Assembly (NCBI GenBank): GCA_030587475.2
Contig: JAUQYZ020000210.1
Coordinates: 1-23,217, forward strand
DNA: 23,217 nucleotides
Direction: 5' to 3'
Source of the DNA: Candidatus Sigynarchaeum calidifontis
Lineage (GTDB): Archaea; Asgardarchaeota; Lokiarchaeia; Sigyniarchaeales; Sigyniarchaeaceae
Shown piece by piece: positions 7,441 through 16,348 of this stretch. Within the stretch, counting starts at the first letter, position 1; each line of letters starts with the position of its first letter. Position numbers and translations under genes: made by a program. The notes under the pieces are model-generated. The model was not told where the DNA came from. It did not search any database and saw only the letters and a list, made by a program, of their open reading frames with translations.

Positions 7441-7938
7441 ATGGCAGAACCAACGCAAGCCGCGCCGGGCGAGAAACCGGCCGAGAAGAAGGAGAAGAAA
7501 AAGCGCCTGAAGGGGTTCGCGGGCATGATCGCGAACATGTTGAAGCCACTGAACGATAACGATAGGTTCAAGGAGCGATTCGGTGCTGAAGTGCTGACTT
7601 TCGTCATCAACGCCACGGATTTCCCGCCCGCCGCGGTGATCAAGGTCGACAAGGGCACCATCGTCTTCGAGGAGGCACAGCCCGACGAGGTAAAGAAGAT
7701 CAAGGGTGCATTGCTCCAGGGCACGATGGACAACATCATGAAGGTGGCATCGGGGAAGCTCGACCCGATCAAGGCCATCTTCAAGCGGCAGATCAAGGTC
7801 AAGGGCGCGCTCAAGTTGCTCAAGCTGAACAAGATGTTCTTGTATGCTATGAAGGCCGCGACGGCAGGTACCTCGCCGGCACCTGCACAGCAGCCGGCTC
7901 CCGAGACAAAGCCCGGCCCAGCTCAGGGCAGCGCGTGA
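7441..7938 (+). CDS. SCP2 sterol/lipid-binding domain protein
   Basis: C-terminal SCP2 signature IMKVASGKLDPIKAIFKRQIKVKGALKLL; Ala/Pro/Lys-rich termini. Confidence 0.85.
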   Translation: MAEPTQAAPGEKPAEKKEKKKRLKGFAGMIANMLKPLNDNDRFKERFGAEVLTFVINATDFPPAAVIKVDKGTIVFEEAQPDEVKKIKGALLQGTMDNIMKVASGKLDPIKAIFKRQIKVKGALKLLKLNKMFLYAMKAATAGTSPAPAQQPAPETKPGPAQGSA

Positions 7939-8187
7939 ATCCCCCGCGCACGAACCATCCCCCGTCTTTCCATCGTCCTTTTTTTCCATCGTGGCTCTCG
8001 TGGGACATCGCAATTGATATAACGATGCAACACGATTCATGGCGTGCGCCATGGCGTGCGGAATAATCTCATTTCTCCATGCTTATTATAAAAACGTGGT
8101 GTCAAAGACTACGCTATGGATATGACAAAAAACCAAAGAAAAGGATAGGAAAAACGGGAGCGCGTGCATTTTCAAGACGCGTGGGGC

Positions 8188-9330
8188 TCATTCCTTGTAA
8201 TAAATGTCGACACCCTTGAAATCGGACCACGCGTCGGGCACCCAGACTGCCTTGCCCGTGTGCGACGACTCGATCGCCGCCATGGACACGGCGAACGACT
8301 TGAACGCCTCGACGAAGTTCGTGTCGGGCTGGATCTTGCCCTTGCTGTCGATGCCCTTGCTCATCTGCTCCAGGATGACCAGTTGTCCCGAATACTTCGT
8401 GCCGCGGATCGGGCCGGCGTCGACGGGCAGGTAGCCATCCTCCTCGAACTTCGTGCGGTTGGTCATGTCCGGGTAGACCTTGATGTCGAGCCCCAACCCG
8501 CTGATGGTAAACTGCCCTTTCTTGCCGAAAAACTGGAAAGTGCTATGTGGCGGCCCGCCGAGCTGCCAATCGCCAAAAAGGTCGCACCAAACCCAATTAT
8601 GGCGATGCTTGTATTCGCCAGGCCTTGCTAAGGCGAGATTAGCGCAGATCGTCGATGCCCCGTGCCAGTCGCTGTAACGGGGCATGAACGTGTCAGCCTT
8701 TACTTGGACGATGTCCATCCCGGTAATCCAGCGAATGGCATCGAACCAATGTGGGCACTGATCCTCCGGATATATCTCTGCGAGATGCCGGCGCCAGCCC
8801 CAACGTGTTTCTCCTCTATATCCGTAGTCTTCCCATCTAATGAAACCCAGTTGGCCGATCGATGGCTCTTCTTGCGCCAGGTATTGCTTGGCGGTCCAAA
8901 ACCCGGGATTGAACCTGTTCTGGAAGCCGGTTGCAGTACACAGCTCTGGATGGTCTAGCGCGCACTGCACCATTTGCCTGCCTTGCTGAAGCGTCGATGC
9001 GAGATTTTTCTCGCATATCACGTTGATCCCCAGCTTCATGACTTCTCGCACCAGCGAATGATGCGTGTTGATGGGCGTCGCGATGATGGCCAGGTCGGGC
9101 TTCTGGTTATACTTCACGAAATCTTCGATAGCAGTGTCAGTGGCCACATCCTTGAGATAAGGGCTCATGTGCGGGACATTCTCGAGCATTTCCGTGTCCG
9201 TGTCGATGATCCCTATCAGATCATAATCTGGGTGCGTCTTTAGAGCATTCAACCAGCTCCCGCGGGCATGGCCTCCGAATCCTATGATAACGGCCTTTTT
9301 CTTCACGTTCACATCACCTTGTGCAAGCAT
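8188..9330 (-). CDS. Gfo/Idh/MocA family oxidoreductase
   Basis: Rossmann motif AVIIGFGGHA, then IIATPINTH, VICEKNLA, GFQNRF and DQCPHWFD. Confidence 0.9.
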   Translation of the reverse strand: MLAQGDVNVKKKAVIIGFGGHARGSWLNALKTHPDYDLIGIIDTDTEMLENVPHMSPYLKDVATDTAIEDFVKYNQKPDLAIIATPINTHHSLVREVMKLGINVICEKNLASTLQQGRQMVQCALDHPELCTATGFQNRFNPGFWTAKQYLAQEEPSIGQLGFIRWEDYGYRGETRWGWRRHLAEIYPEDQCPHWFDAIRWITGMDIVQVKADTFMPRYSDWHGASTICANLALARPGEYKHRHNWVWCDLFGDWQLGGPPHSTFQFFGKKGQFTISGLGLDIKVYPDMTNRTKFEEDGYLPVDAGPIRGTKYSGQLVILEQMSKGIDSKGKIQPDTNFVEAFKSFAVSMAAIESSHTGKAVWVPDAWSDFKGVDIYYKE

Positions 9331-9560
9331 GTTCTTCGCATCATGTGGAATGAGGTATCACGTTCTGGGAACCCATAAAAAGAGATACTTGGAAAATTAA
9401 AGACCCCGCGCCTACCTTTACAATCCCAAATGAATGTTTATTCCTCGTGTCATTGTCATGGGAATGCATTTATCGGCATCATGCAATGCCATACATGCAG
9501 ACTTCATCTCGATACATGGCGGGATCGTCTTCACTCGATGGAAAGGAGGAAGAGAACGAC

Positions 9561-11135
9561 ATGGAGCGAAAGCACTTCAACCGAGGTCTCGGTCTTGCGG
9601 CATTGCTCGTATTGAGCGCGGCTTGCGCCATTTTCGCGATCAATAGCCCGGTAAAGACAAGATTAACTTTTTAAACGAACGCGGTGCAAAGCTCCGCCAT
9701 CGTACTTAGCGGCAATGCGGCAGTCGACGCGTATTTCGCGGGGAATTCCACGATGGACGGGAGCGCGGCCAAGCCTTACGTGTTACAGAATAAAATAATC
9801 GCTGCTTCGACGGGGGGCAATCGCAATTGCATAACTCTAACAAACACGAACCGGTACATCACGATTCGCAATTGCTCGTTGAATGCATCCAATGTTGTTA
9901 CCAATCGTGGCACGATCGATTTCCAAAACGTGACGCACGTTTACGTGACCTTGTGCAGAATCAGTTCGAATAGATTCGGTGTCAGGCTCGTGGATTCAAA
10001 CTCCAACACGTTCTTCAAGAACAACATCACGAGCACGAGTTACGCGTTCAGCATCACCACCTCAACTGGCAACAGCATCTACATGAACGCGATCGTCAAT
10101 TCGAACACGGGCAGCGCGACTTGCGCGTCCACGGGCAATCTTTGGGACAACGGCGCCAGCGGCAATTACTGGAGCCATTACCAGCAAGAGAATCCAACGG
10201 CGACGCACAACGGCGTTTACTGGACCACGCCATACAGGATAGCAGGAGCCGCGAACGCGACCGACACCCGTCCCCTCGTCCGGTCGCCGTTCGTGGTGAA
10301 CGTGGCCCCGCGATTGACGGCACCTTTCGTTACCCCCGGCACGGGATATCAAAACACGCAATTCACGTTCCAGATCACCTACACGGACGTGAACAACGAT
10401 GCCCCGATGCGGGTTTCCGTCGTCGTCGGCGGCGCGACCCAAGCGATGAGCAAGGTCAACGCCGCCGATTATATTTACACGGATGGATGCTTGTACCGGT
10501 ATGTCGGGTTTTTGCAACCCGGCAGCCATCAATACTACTTCACGTGCAGCGATGGCTTGGCGAACACGACCCGGTCATACGGGCCCATCAACGTGGGCTT
10601 AAGCAACTCTCAACCGCCTCGATTGACGAACGCCAACGCCACGCCCGCAACGGGCGACGAGAACACCGTGTTCACCTTCCGCGTCATGTACACCGATCAA
10701 GACAACAACGCCCCAGCGAGCATCACGGTGACCATCGACGGCGCCGCCCATTCCATGACCAAGGAGGATCCCTCGGACACGAACCTCATGAACGGTTGCT
10801 GGTACAAGTACACGACGACCCTCGGCGCTGGCAGCCACGCGTTCTCGATGCAATGCACCGATGGCGTGAATTCGAATAGCACCAGCACCATGCAAGGCCC
10901 CATCGTCACGCTATCCGCCGGTGCCCAGGCTGCCCATTTAGCGATCGCGATCATGATCCCGGTCGCCATCGTCGCGGGATGTGTGGTTATCTTCGCGGTC
11001 CTCGTTCTCAACCACGATAAACTGCCCCGGAAGCTGCAGCGGATAGTCCCGGATAAGCGGGCGTTTTCAAGCGCGAAATACAAGATTCGCACGTATTTTA
11101 GCGACCTGGCGTTCAAGATCAAGCACCGGCATTAA
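9561..11135 (+). pseudogene. Secreted, C-terminally anchored NosD/CASH beta-helix protein with two Ig-like repeats, interrupted by an in-frame TAA at 9672-9674
   Basis: SD GGAGG at 9545-9549 and ATG 9561 encode a signal peptide (MERKHFNRGLGLAALLVLSAACAIFA). The same frame continues past TAA into the 9684-11135 ORF, which has beta-helix repeats, a GNYWS..Y motif and a C-terminal TM. Confidence 0.7.
10299..10907 (+). repeat. Two tandem ~100-aa Ig-like protein repeats
   Basis: PRLT...TP.TG..NT.FTF...YTD..N.AP....GC.Y.Y...L..GSH......C.DG......GPI occurs twice (10299-10595 and 10608-10907). Confidence 0.85.
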
Positions 11136-11236
11136 ACCATCAATTCCAATTTCCCTTTTTTTCCCTCCATTCAGGCCCAATTGCATCGTCCTGGGAATAC
11201 CATGTCCTTTTGTACTCCCGCGACGGACTTCGATCC

Positions 11237-13051
11237 ATGATCGACCTCGATCCCGACAGCGAGCTAAAGGAAGGCCAGGCCCGCGCACGCCAGGGCGCGA
11301 GTGACGTCGCCCGGGGCGCATCGACCGCGGAAGCACGGCGCAAGCGGGCCACAGCGCCGGAAGAACGCCTGGCCTTTGGCAAGGGTGCTCGCCTCGCCAG
11401 CCTGATCGCCCGCGCGGGCCTCGTGGCGTGGGCATTCTATTTTTTCATCCCTCAATTCGCCGCGACATGGATGCTGGAGGCCCACGCCACGAGCCGCGCC
11501 TATACGGCGTTCTACTGGCTCGTGAACGGCTTCTTGCTCGCCATCACGCTGCTCGTGGCGTGGAAATACTACCACCCGCTTTCGTTCTTCGGCTTCGTTC
11601 CCATGGTCGCCGCGTGCGGCTATTCCATGACTCGATTCTTCGTGGAAGGCCCCCTCTTCTTGAACGTGCCCGGCACCGTCGCATCGATAGCACTCGTGGG
11701 CATCATGCTCTTCAACATCGTGTTCCAGGTCTTCCTGCTCGTCCGCAACTTCGCGACCGGGCGGTTCGTCGAGGCCTTCTCGGCATTGCCGAGGAGCAAG
11801 GTCTTCAAGGTCGCGCTGGTCAGTAGCATCGCGTGGGCGGGCGTCACGTCATGGTCCTACATTGGTTTCGGCCAGGTCTACACGGTCCGGGACTTTCACC
11901 AGCCGAGCTTCTCGATCTCGTTCTGGGGACTTCCTTCCATGGGTTTCTCGGTTGGCGAGTACAAGACCGCGGACGGGATCGCAGAGATGAACCTCTACGC
12001 GCAGCTCAACGCGTCGTTCTATTGCAGCATCGATGATCACGCCTTCGACGGAGATATGAGCGATTGGGAGAAAATGCTCAACGAATGGGCGCCCTATAAC
12101 GTGAGCTTGATCCTCTGCATCAACCCGCGCAGCGACCCGTCCGACTACAACAGCCAGGATTTCTGCTCGTACTACCACGTGCAGCAGATGAACGCGTCCA
12201 TCCGGTCCATGATGGAATGGATGGACACGCTTAACACTACCGTGCGGTCGAGGATCCGCGGCTTGTCGTTCGACGTCGAGGGACCGAACTACCAGCCACT
12301 CGACCGGTACCCGATCTCCCGCGAGCAATACAAGCTCGCCGTGCGCTCCTATCAAGGTATCCTCGACGAGTTCCAGCAGAACACGAGCTGCTCGACGCAC
12401 CTCATTGCGATGTCGGGCATCTTGTTCGACGCGATGGATGGCAAGGCCGACCACGATCTCGACATCGCCCAGCGGACGGTCTCGACCGAGCTCCGCTGGA
12501 CGCAATATGGCTTCATGACCTACATGATCAATCCCGATCCCGTGTCCCGCTACGAGTTCGTCCAGCACTGCCAGCTCGGCGTGGAGCAGTGGGGAGCAAA
12601 ATTCGTGCCGTGGGTCGGCTGGTGGTACGACGTGAACCTGGCGGCCGGCGAGACACCCCAGATCGAGCTGCCCGGCGTCTACGAGCAATCGATCGAGCAA
12701 GTCAAGATCGCCAAGAGCAGCGGTGTGCCCGAGGTCGTGCTTGCCCCGATACGCGGTTTTTTCAGCCAAGGCAACAATGCGACGAAGATCCAGCAGCGGC
12801 TCGGCGACCTCGTCGCCATCAAGAATGGCTTCGAGACGTTCGCGATCCCGATCACCCAAAACATGCGGATCTTGAACAACTGGAACTTGTACTGGCAGAA
12901 GATCGTCCCGTATTACATCTGGTCGAGCGAGAACGTCGTGCTGGACATGCTCATGGGCACCCCGGGCGAATGGCTCGCGATCATGCAAGGCATATCCATC
13001 GGCATTGTCGCCGCCATCGCGGTGCTCCGCGGCCGCAAGGTGCTGCTCTGA
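11237..13051 (+). CDS. Multi-pass membrane protein with a large soluble glycoside-hydrolase-like (TIM barrel?) domain
   Basis: About 5 N-terminal TM helices, a ~350-aa alpha/beta domain with GLSFDVEGP (DxE), and a C-terminal TM. The fold is inferred and the start is uncertain. Confidence 0.65.
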   Translation: MIDLDPDSELKEGQARARQGASDVARGASTAEARRKRATAPEERLAFGKGARLASLIARAGLVAWAFYFFIPQFAATWMLEAHATSRAYTAFYWLVNGFLLAITLLVAWKYYHPLSFFGFVPMVAACGYSMTRFFVEGPLFLNVPGTVASIALVGIMLFNIVFQVFLLVRNFATGRFVEAFSALPRSKVFKVALVSSIAWAGVTSWSYIGFGQVYTVRDFHQPSFSISFWGLPSMGFSVGEYKTADGIAEMNLYAQLNASFYCSIDDHAFDGDMSDWEKMLNEWAPYNVSLILCINPRSDPSDYNSQDFCSYYHVQQMNASIRSMMEWMDTLNTTVRSRIRGLSFDVEGPNYQPLDRYPISREQYKLAVRSYQGILDEFQQNTSCSTHLIAMSGILFDAMDGKADHDLDIAQRTVSTELRWTQYGFMTYMINPDPVSRYEFVQHCQLGVEQWGAKFVPWVGWWYDVNLAAGETPQIELPGVYEQSIEQVKIAKSSGVPEVVLAPIRGFFSQGNNATKIQQRLGDLVAIKNGFETFAIPITQNMRILNNWNLYWQKIVPYYIWSSENVVLDMLMGTPGEWLAIMQGISIGIVAAIAVLRGRKVLL

Positions 13052-13170
13052 GCGCCATCTAGGGTTCATCCAAATGGGACTGCGACGGGGCAATTCAATG
13101 CAGTAAAAGAAAGGGATAAAATGAGTAATCGATTGGCGGGCGGGATGGCCCGGCGGGATACCTTCTCCCG

Positions 13171-14457
13171 TCACTTGTAGCTTCGCGGGAGCAGCACGCC
13201 GAGCTGGTGGGCCTTGAACACGACCAACGCGGCCGCCGCGAGGAACGCGATGAGAATGATCCAGAGGGCGGCCTCGATCAGGGGCGTGCCCGTGGGGCCG
13301 GGGCCTTGGCCAGTTATCAAGTCGATGCTCACGAGGGGAAAGTAGTCGTGATCGGCCGCGTACGTCGTCTCGTTGATCGCGTAGGGCGTGTTCCAGACGT
13401 TGCCCGACTGCGTCGCGGCGGGGTACCGCTCCCGGTAGTCCCCCCAGTAGTTACCGATGCCGCCGACGTCCCAGTCGTTCTCCGTCGGCACCATCCAGCG
13501 GGTCAACGATTCCCCGTCACGGTTGTGCACGAACGCGTTGTACCAGATCTTGTTGCCCGTGATGTTGTCGTTGCCGTTGTAGAAGCGGATGCCTGCAAAG
13601 CCGCAATACGTGACCAGGTTGTGCGTGATGTTGCTGTCGCAGCAGTCGTTGAATATCTCGAGGCCGTGATAGCTGCACCGCGTGACGATGTTGTTGTCCA
13701 CCACGACCATGCTGCTCTCGGTGATCGAGATGCCGGTGTAGGAACAGTTCGTTATCCGGTTGCCGGTGATGCGGCCTTGGTATACCCCGCCCGTGAACCA
13801 GATGCCATACGCCATCGGGCTCGACATGTTGTTTAACTGCACGGTCACGTTAGTCGCCGTCTCGACGTTGATGCCTATCGATGTCAAGTTCGACGCGCCC
13901 GTGATGGTATTCTGGGAAACCATGACGTCGCGTACATCGTACAAGCTGATACCGATCCTAGCGTTCGAGGTGATCGCGTTCCCCTCGATCATGACGTCAT
14001 GCGACCCCGCTTCGACGTGGATGCCGTGATAGGCATTGTTGGCTAGCGTGTTCCATCGCACGATCACGTTCGTGCAATTGTTGAGGCGGATGCCCGCGGA
14101 CCCAACGGTGTTGCCCGAGCCTTGCACGTTGCAGGATTGGATGATGAGGTGCTTGTCCGTGTCCTCGATGTAGATCGCGGATCCGGTGCCACCGGCGTTG
14201 ATCTCGAAGCCCTGGATGACGTACGGCTTTCCTGAGGTGCCGTCGCTGGTGTTGCCGGCGAAGAACGCGGCCAGCTGGGTGTTACCGACTATGTTGATCT
14301 TCCCGTGGGCGATGGAGGGCACGATGACCGTGGATACTAGGAGGGGATCCTCCGCCGTACCCTCACCCGTGCCGGCATTCGCAGCGAAAGTGACCAAGGA
14401 TGACGAAAAAAGAATGACTGTCACGAGAAACATGTTCGTTTTGGTGCTCATGTGCAT
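13171..14457 (-). CDS. Secreted, membrane-anchored right-handed beta-helix (NosD/CASH) protein
   Basis: Signal peptide, many GI.l....n..I..N.I repeats, GNYWGDY motif and C-terminal TM; paralogous to 9561-11135 (FAGN..DG...KPYV). Confidence 0.9.
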   Translation of the reverse strand: MHMSTKTNMFLVTVILFSSSLVTFAANAGTGEGTAEDPLLVSTVIVPSIAHGKINIVGNTQLAAFFAGNTSDGTSGKPYVIQGFEINAGGTGSAIYIEDTDKHLIIQSCNVQGSGNTVGSAGIRLNNCTNVIVRWNTLANNAYHGIHVEAGSHDVMIEGNAITSNARIGISLYDVRDVMVSQNTITGASNLTSIGINVETATNVTVQLNNMSSPMAYGIWFTGGVYQGRITGNRITNCSYTGISITESSMVVVDNNIVTRCSYHGLEIFNDCCDSNITHNLVTYCGFAGIRFYNGNDNITGNKIWYNAFVHNRDGESLTRWMVPTENDWDVGGIGNYWGDYRERYPAATQSGNVWNTPYAINETTYAADHDYFPLVSIDLITGQGPGPTGTPLIEAALWIILIAFLAAAALVVFKAHQLGVLLPRSYK

Positions 14458-14746
14458 TCTCCGGACGATGAATGCTATACCTCAACGAGTGACCATTTTT
14501 AGAATTTATGAACCGCTCGGATTCGTTTTTTTCAAGATCGGCGCGCGTGGGAAAAAAATGAGCCGACGGGCAGCACCGCGAGCGTCGCCACCCCCACGCG
14601 GCGAGTAGGATCACCGGGAACCATATGAAGGCCGGCGTGGTCGACCCCCGCATCTTCCCTTTTCTTCCCTTTTACACCACAACCGTGCCATTTTTTTGCA
14701 TCCACGAGCAACAATACTAAACACGTTGTTAAGATGTGATGAAAGC

Positions 14747-15502
14747 ATGATCGGTCAACTAGGAGCTACTTCAGTGCACGGGTTTTATTTCGAAACGGGC
14801 GTCATTGTCGTCGTCGCGACGATGACCGCCTTGGCCCTCGCCAAGTATTTCCAGAAGGGCAGGAACAGGCCGGCGTTCTTGCTGTTCATGGTCTTCTTGA
14901 ACTGGACGATAGGGGTCGTGATCTCGTGGCTCGCGAAGATCTTTTCCGGATTCCTCGGGTTGGACACCATCCACATCACAGATTTCACGTCATACATGAT
15001 CCGCATGGTTCTCGATTTCCGCTTGCTTTTCGTGTTCGTCGCCATCGCGCTCTATTGCTCGTACGTGCTGCGGGTCTTGCTGTTCGAAAAAGAATACAAT
15101 CGCGGCGAGCAAGCCGTGAACGTCGTTTTCCTCATCTCGATCCCCGTCTTGTGCTTCGTTCTCGAGACGAGCGATGCCATCAATTCCTTCTACACGATCA
15201 TCGTGTTCCTCGTCGTTTTCTTGGACATGCTATTCGTCTATTCGCGGTTCATGAAACATGCACTTGCCCAATACAAGACGGCGAGCGAGAAATTCAAGGG
15301 TGCGTTCAAGGCCCTCACATTGCAGGCTTTATTCTTCATTCTCACGTTCTTGTTCTTCTTGCTCGATCAAGTCATGATCCCCATCCAGGAGGCGTTCGGG
15401 GACCCGAATCCCGGCTACACGGTCTTCTATTTCGGGGCCTGGATCTCTGCGGTCGTGGGCATGGTGCTCACCTACTACGGTTACATCAAGCCAAGGGCGT
15501 AA
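14747..15502 (+). CDS. 7-TM membrane protein (Asgard-type putative sensor)
   Basis: Seven hydrophobic helices with short loops and no soluble output domain. Start placed at MIGQLG. Confidence 0.8.
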   Translation: MIGQLGATSVHGFYFETGVIVVVATMTALALAKYFQKGRNRPAFLLFMVFLNWTIGVVISWLAKIFSGFLGLDTIHITDFTSYMIRMVLDFRLLFVFVAIALYCSYVLRVLLFEKEYNRGEQAVNVVFLISIPVLCFVLETSDAINSFYTIIVFLVVFLDMLFVYSRFMKHALAQYKTASEKFKGAFKALTLQALFFILTFLFFLLDQVMIPIQEAFGDPNPGYTVFYFGAWISAVVGMVLTYYGYIKPRA

Positions 15503-15589
15503 CATGTCAGATCGCTTCTCGGAACCTCTAGTCAAATTTATTTTTTCGACCTTCGTTTATGAAGTGTAACGTTGAGGAAGTAACCCCCC

Positions 15590-16000
15590 ATGTCGAAACT
15601 GCTTCAAGACATATGGATAATGCGAGCGGACGGCACGGTACTGTTTAAACGGGTATTCGAGGAGAAGCTGAACGAGCAGCTTTTCGGCGGGTTTATGAGC
15701 GCTATGGAAACCTTCGCGTCGCAGCTCGACGAGCATGGTCTATCCAGCTTCGAGATCGGGAGCAAGAAATTCATCCTCAAGAAGGAACAAGGTATTTATT
15801 TCGTTGCCAACTTCGACAAGAAGGTCAACTTGAAGAAAGCCCAAGCCGAGCTAGAAACCGTGGCAAAAAAATTCATGGCCACGTACCAGGTCGAGCTCAT
15901 GGCGTTTCGCGGGAACATCGAGGTATTCAAGGGGTTCGAGAATCATATAGAAGACTCCCTCGAAGACGTCGTCCAGAAATTCCAAGCGAGCTTCTGGTAA
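15590..16000 (+). CDS. Stand-alone longin/roadblock-like domain protein (eukaryotic signature protein type)
   Basis: Pattern IWIMRADGTVLFKR / LFGGFMSAMETFA / LSSFEIGSKKF / IYFVA / LETVAKKFMATY / FKGFE fits the longin topology of TRAPP/sigma-adaptin-like proteins. Confidence 0.8.
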   Translation: MSKLLQDIWIMRADGTVLFKRVFEEKLNEQLFGGFMSAMETFASQLDEHGLSSFEIGSKKFILKKEQGIYFVANFDKKVNLKKAQAELETVAKKFMATYQVELMAFRGNIEVFKGFENHIEDSLEDVVQKFQASFW

Positions 16001-16039
16001 TTCGCTACCGCGTGCCCGTGCTTTAAAAAGAAGAGAAAA

Positions 16040-16195
16040 TCAAGAGACGGCCTCGACAACGATCGTCGCCTTGATCCCCTTGCTGGCCAACTTGCCGGCG
16101 AAGTCACGTGCGGCAGATCCGGCAGTAAAATGGAAAATCTGGGTCATCGGTCTCTTACCAACTATTACCACGTAGCGCTTGATGATCTCTTCCAT
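16040..16195 (-). CDS. Small hypothetical protein (51 aa, or 95 aa from 16327)
   Basis: MEEIIKRYVVIVGKRP...FTAGSAARDFAGKLASKGIKATIVVE looks like a small folded alpha/beta domain; it lies downstream of the MFS gene on the same strand. Confidence 0.5.
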   Translation of the reverse strand: MEEIIKRYVVIVGKRPMTQIFHFTAGSAARDFAGKLASKGIKATIVVEAVS

Positions 16196-16348
16196 TATAT
16201 TTTCCCTGTACTCGGTTTTTCCGGCACCACCGTGCCGATCGCGGGATGCCACGGACTTATTCGAGTTGTCCGAATATGAATGCGCCTCATCCGAAAATGG
16301 ACTTGCTCCCCGGTCATTGGAATTCATGGTGCAAAAAGGTTCCCTTCT

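Noticed and set aside
9651-9691. Spliceosomal-like mini-intron (GTAAAG...TTAAC...AG) or UUUAAAC -1 frameshift site around the premature stop
   Set aside because: Removing the 41 nt breaks the frame. Both gene parts are already in the same frame, so a frameshift does not join them.
14545-14655. tRNA-like minus-strand sequence (GCGGGGGTCG... with a UUCAUAU loop) and GC-rich hairpins before a T7 run
   Set aside because: No T-loop (GTTCRA) and no acceptor stem. The hairpins are unremarkable for GC-rich DNA.
14747-15502. Rhodopsin call for the 7TM protein
   Set aside because: No Schiff-base Lys within helix 7 and no helix-3 rhodopsin motif.
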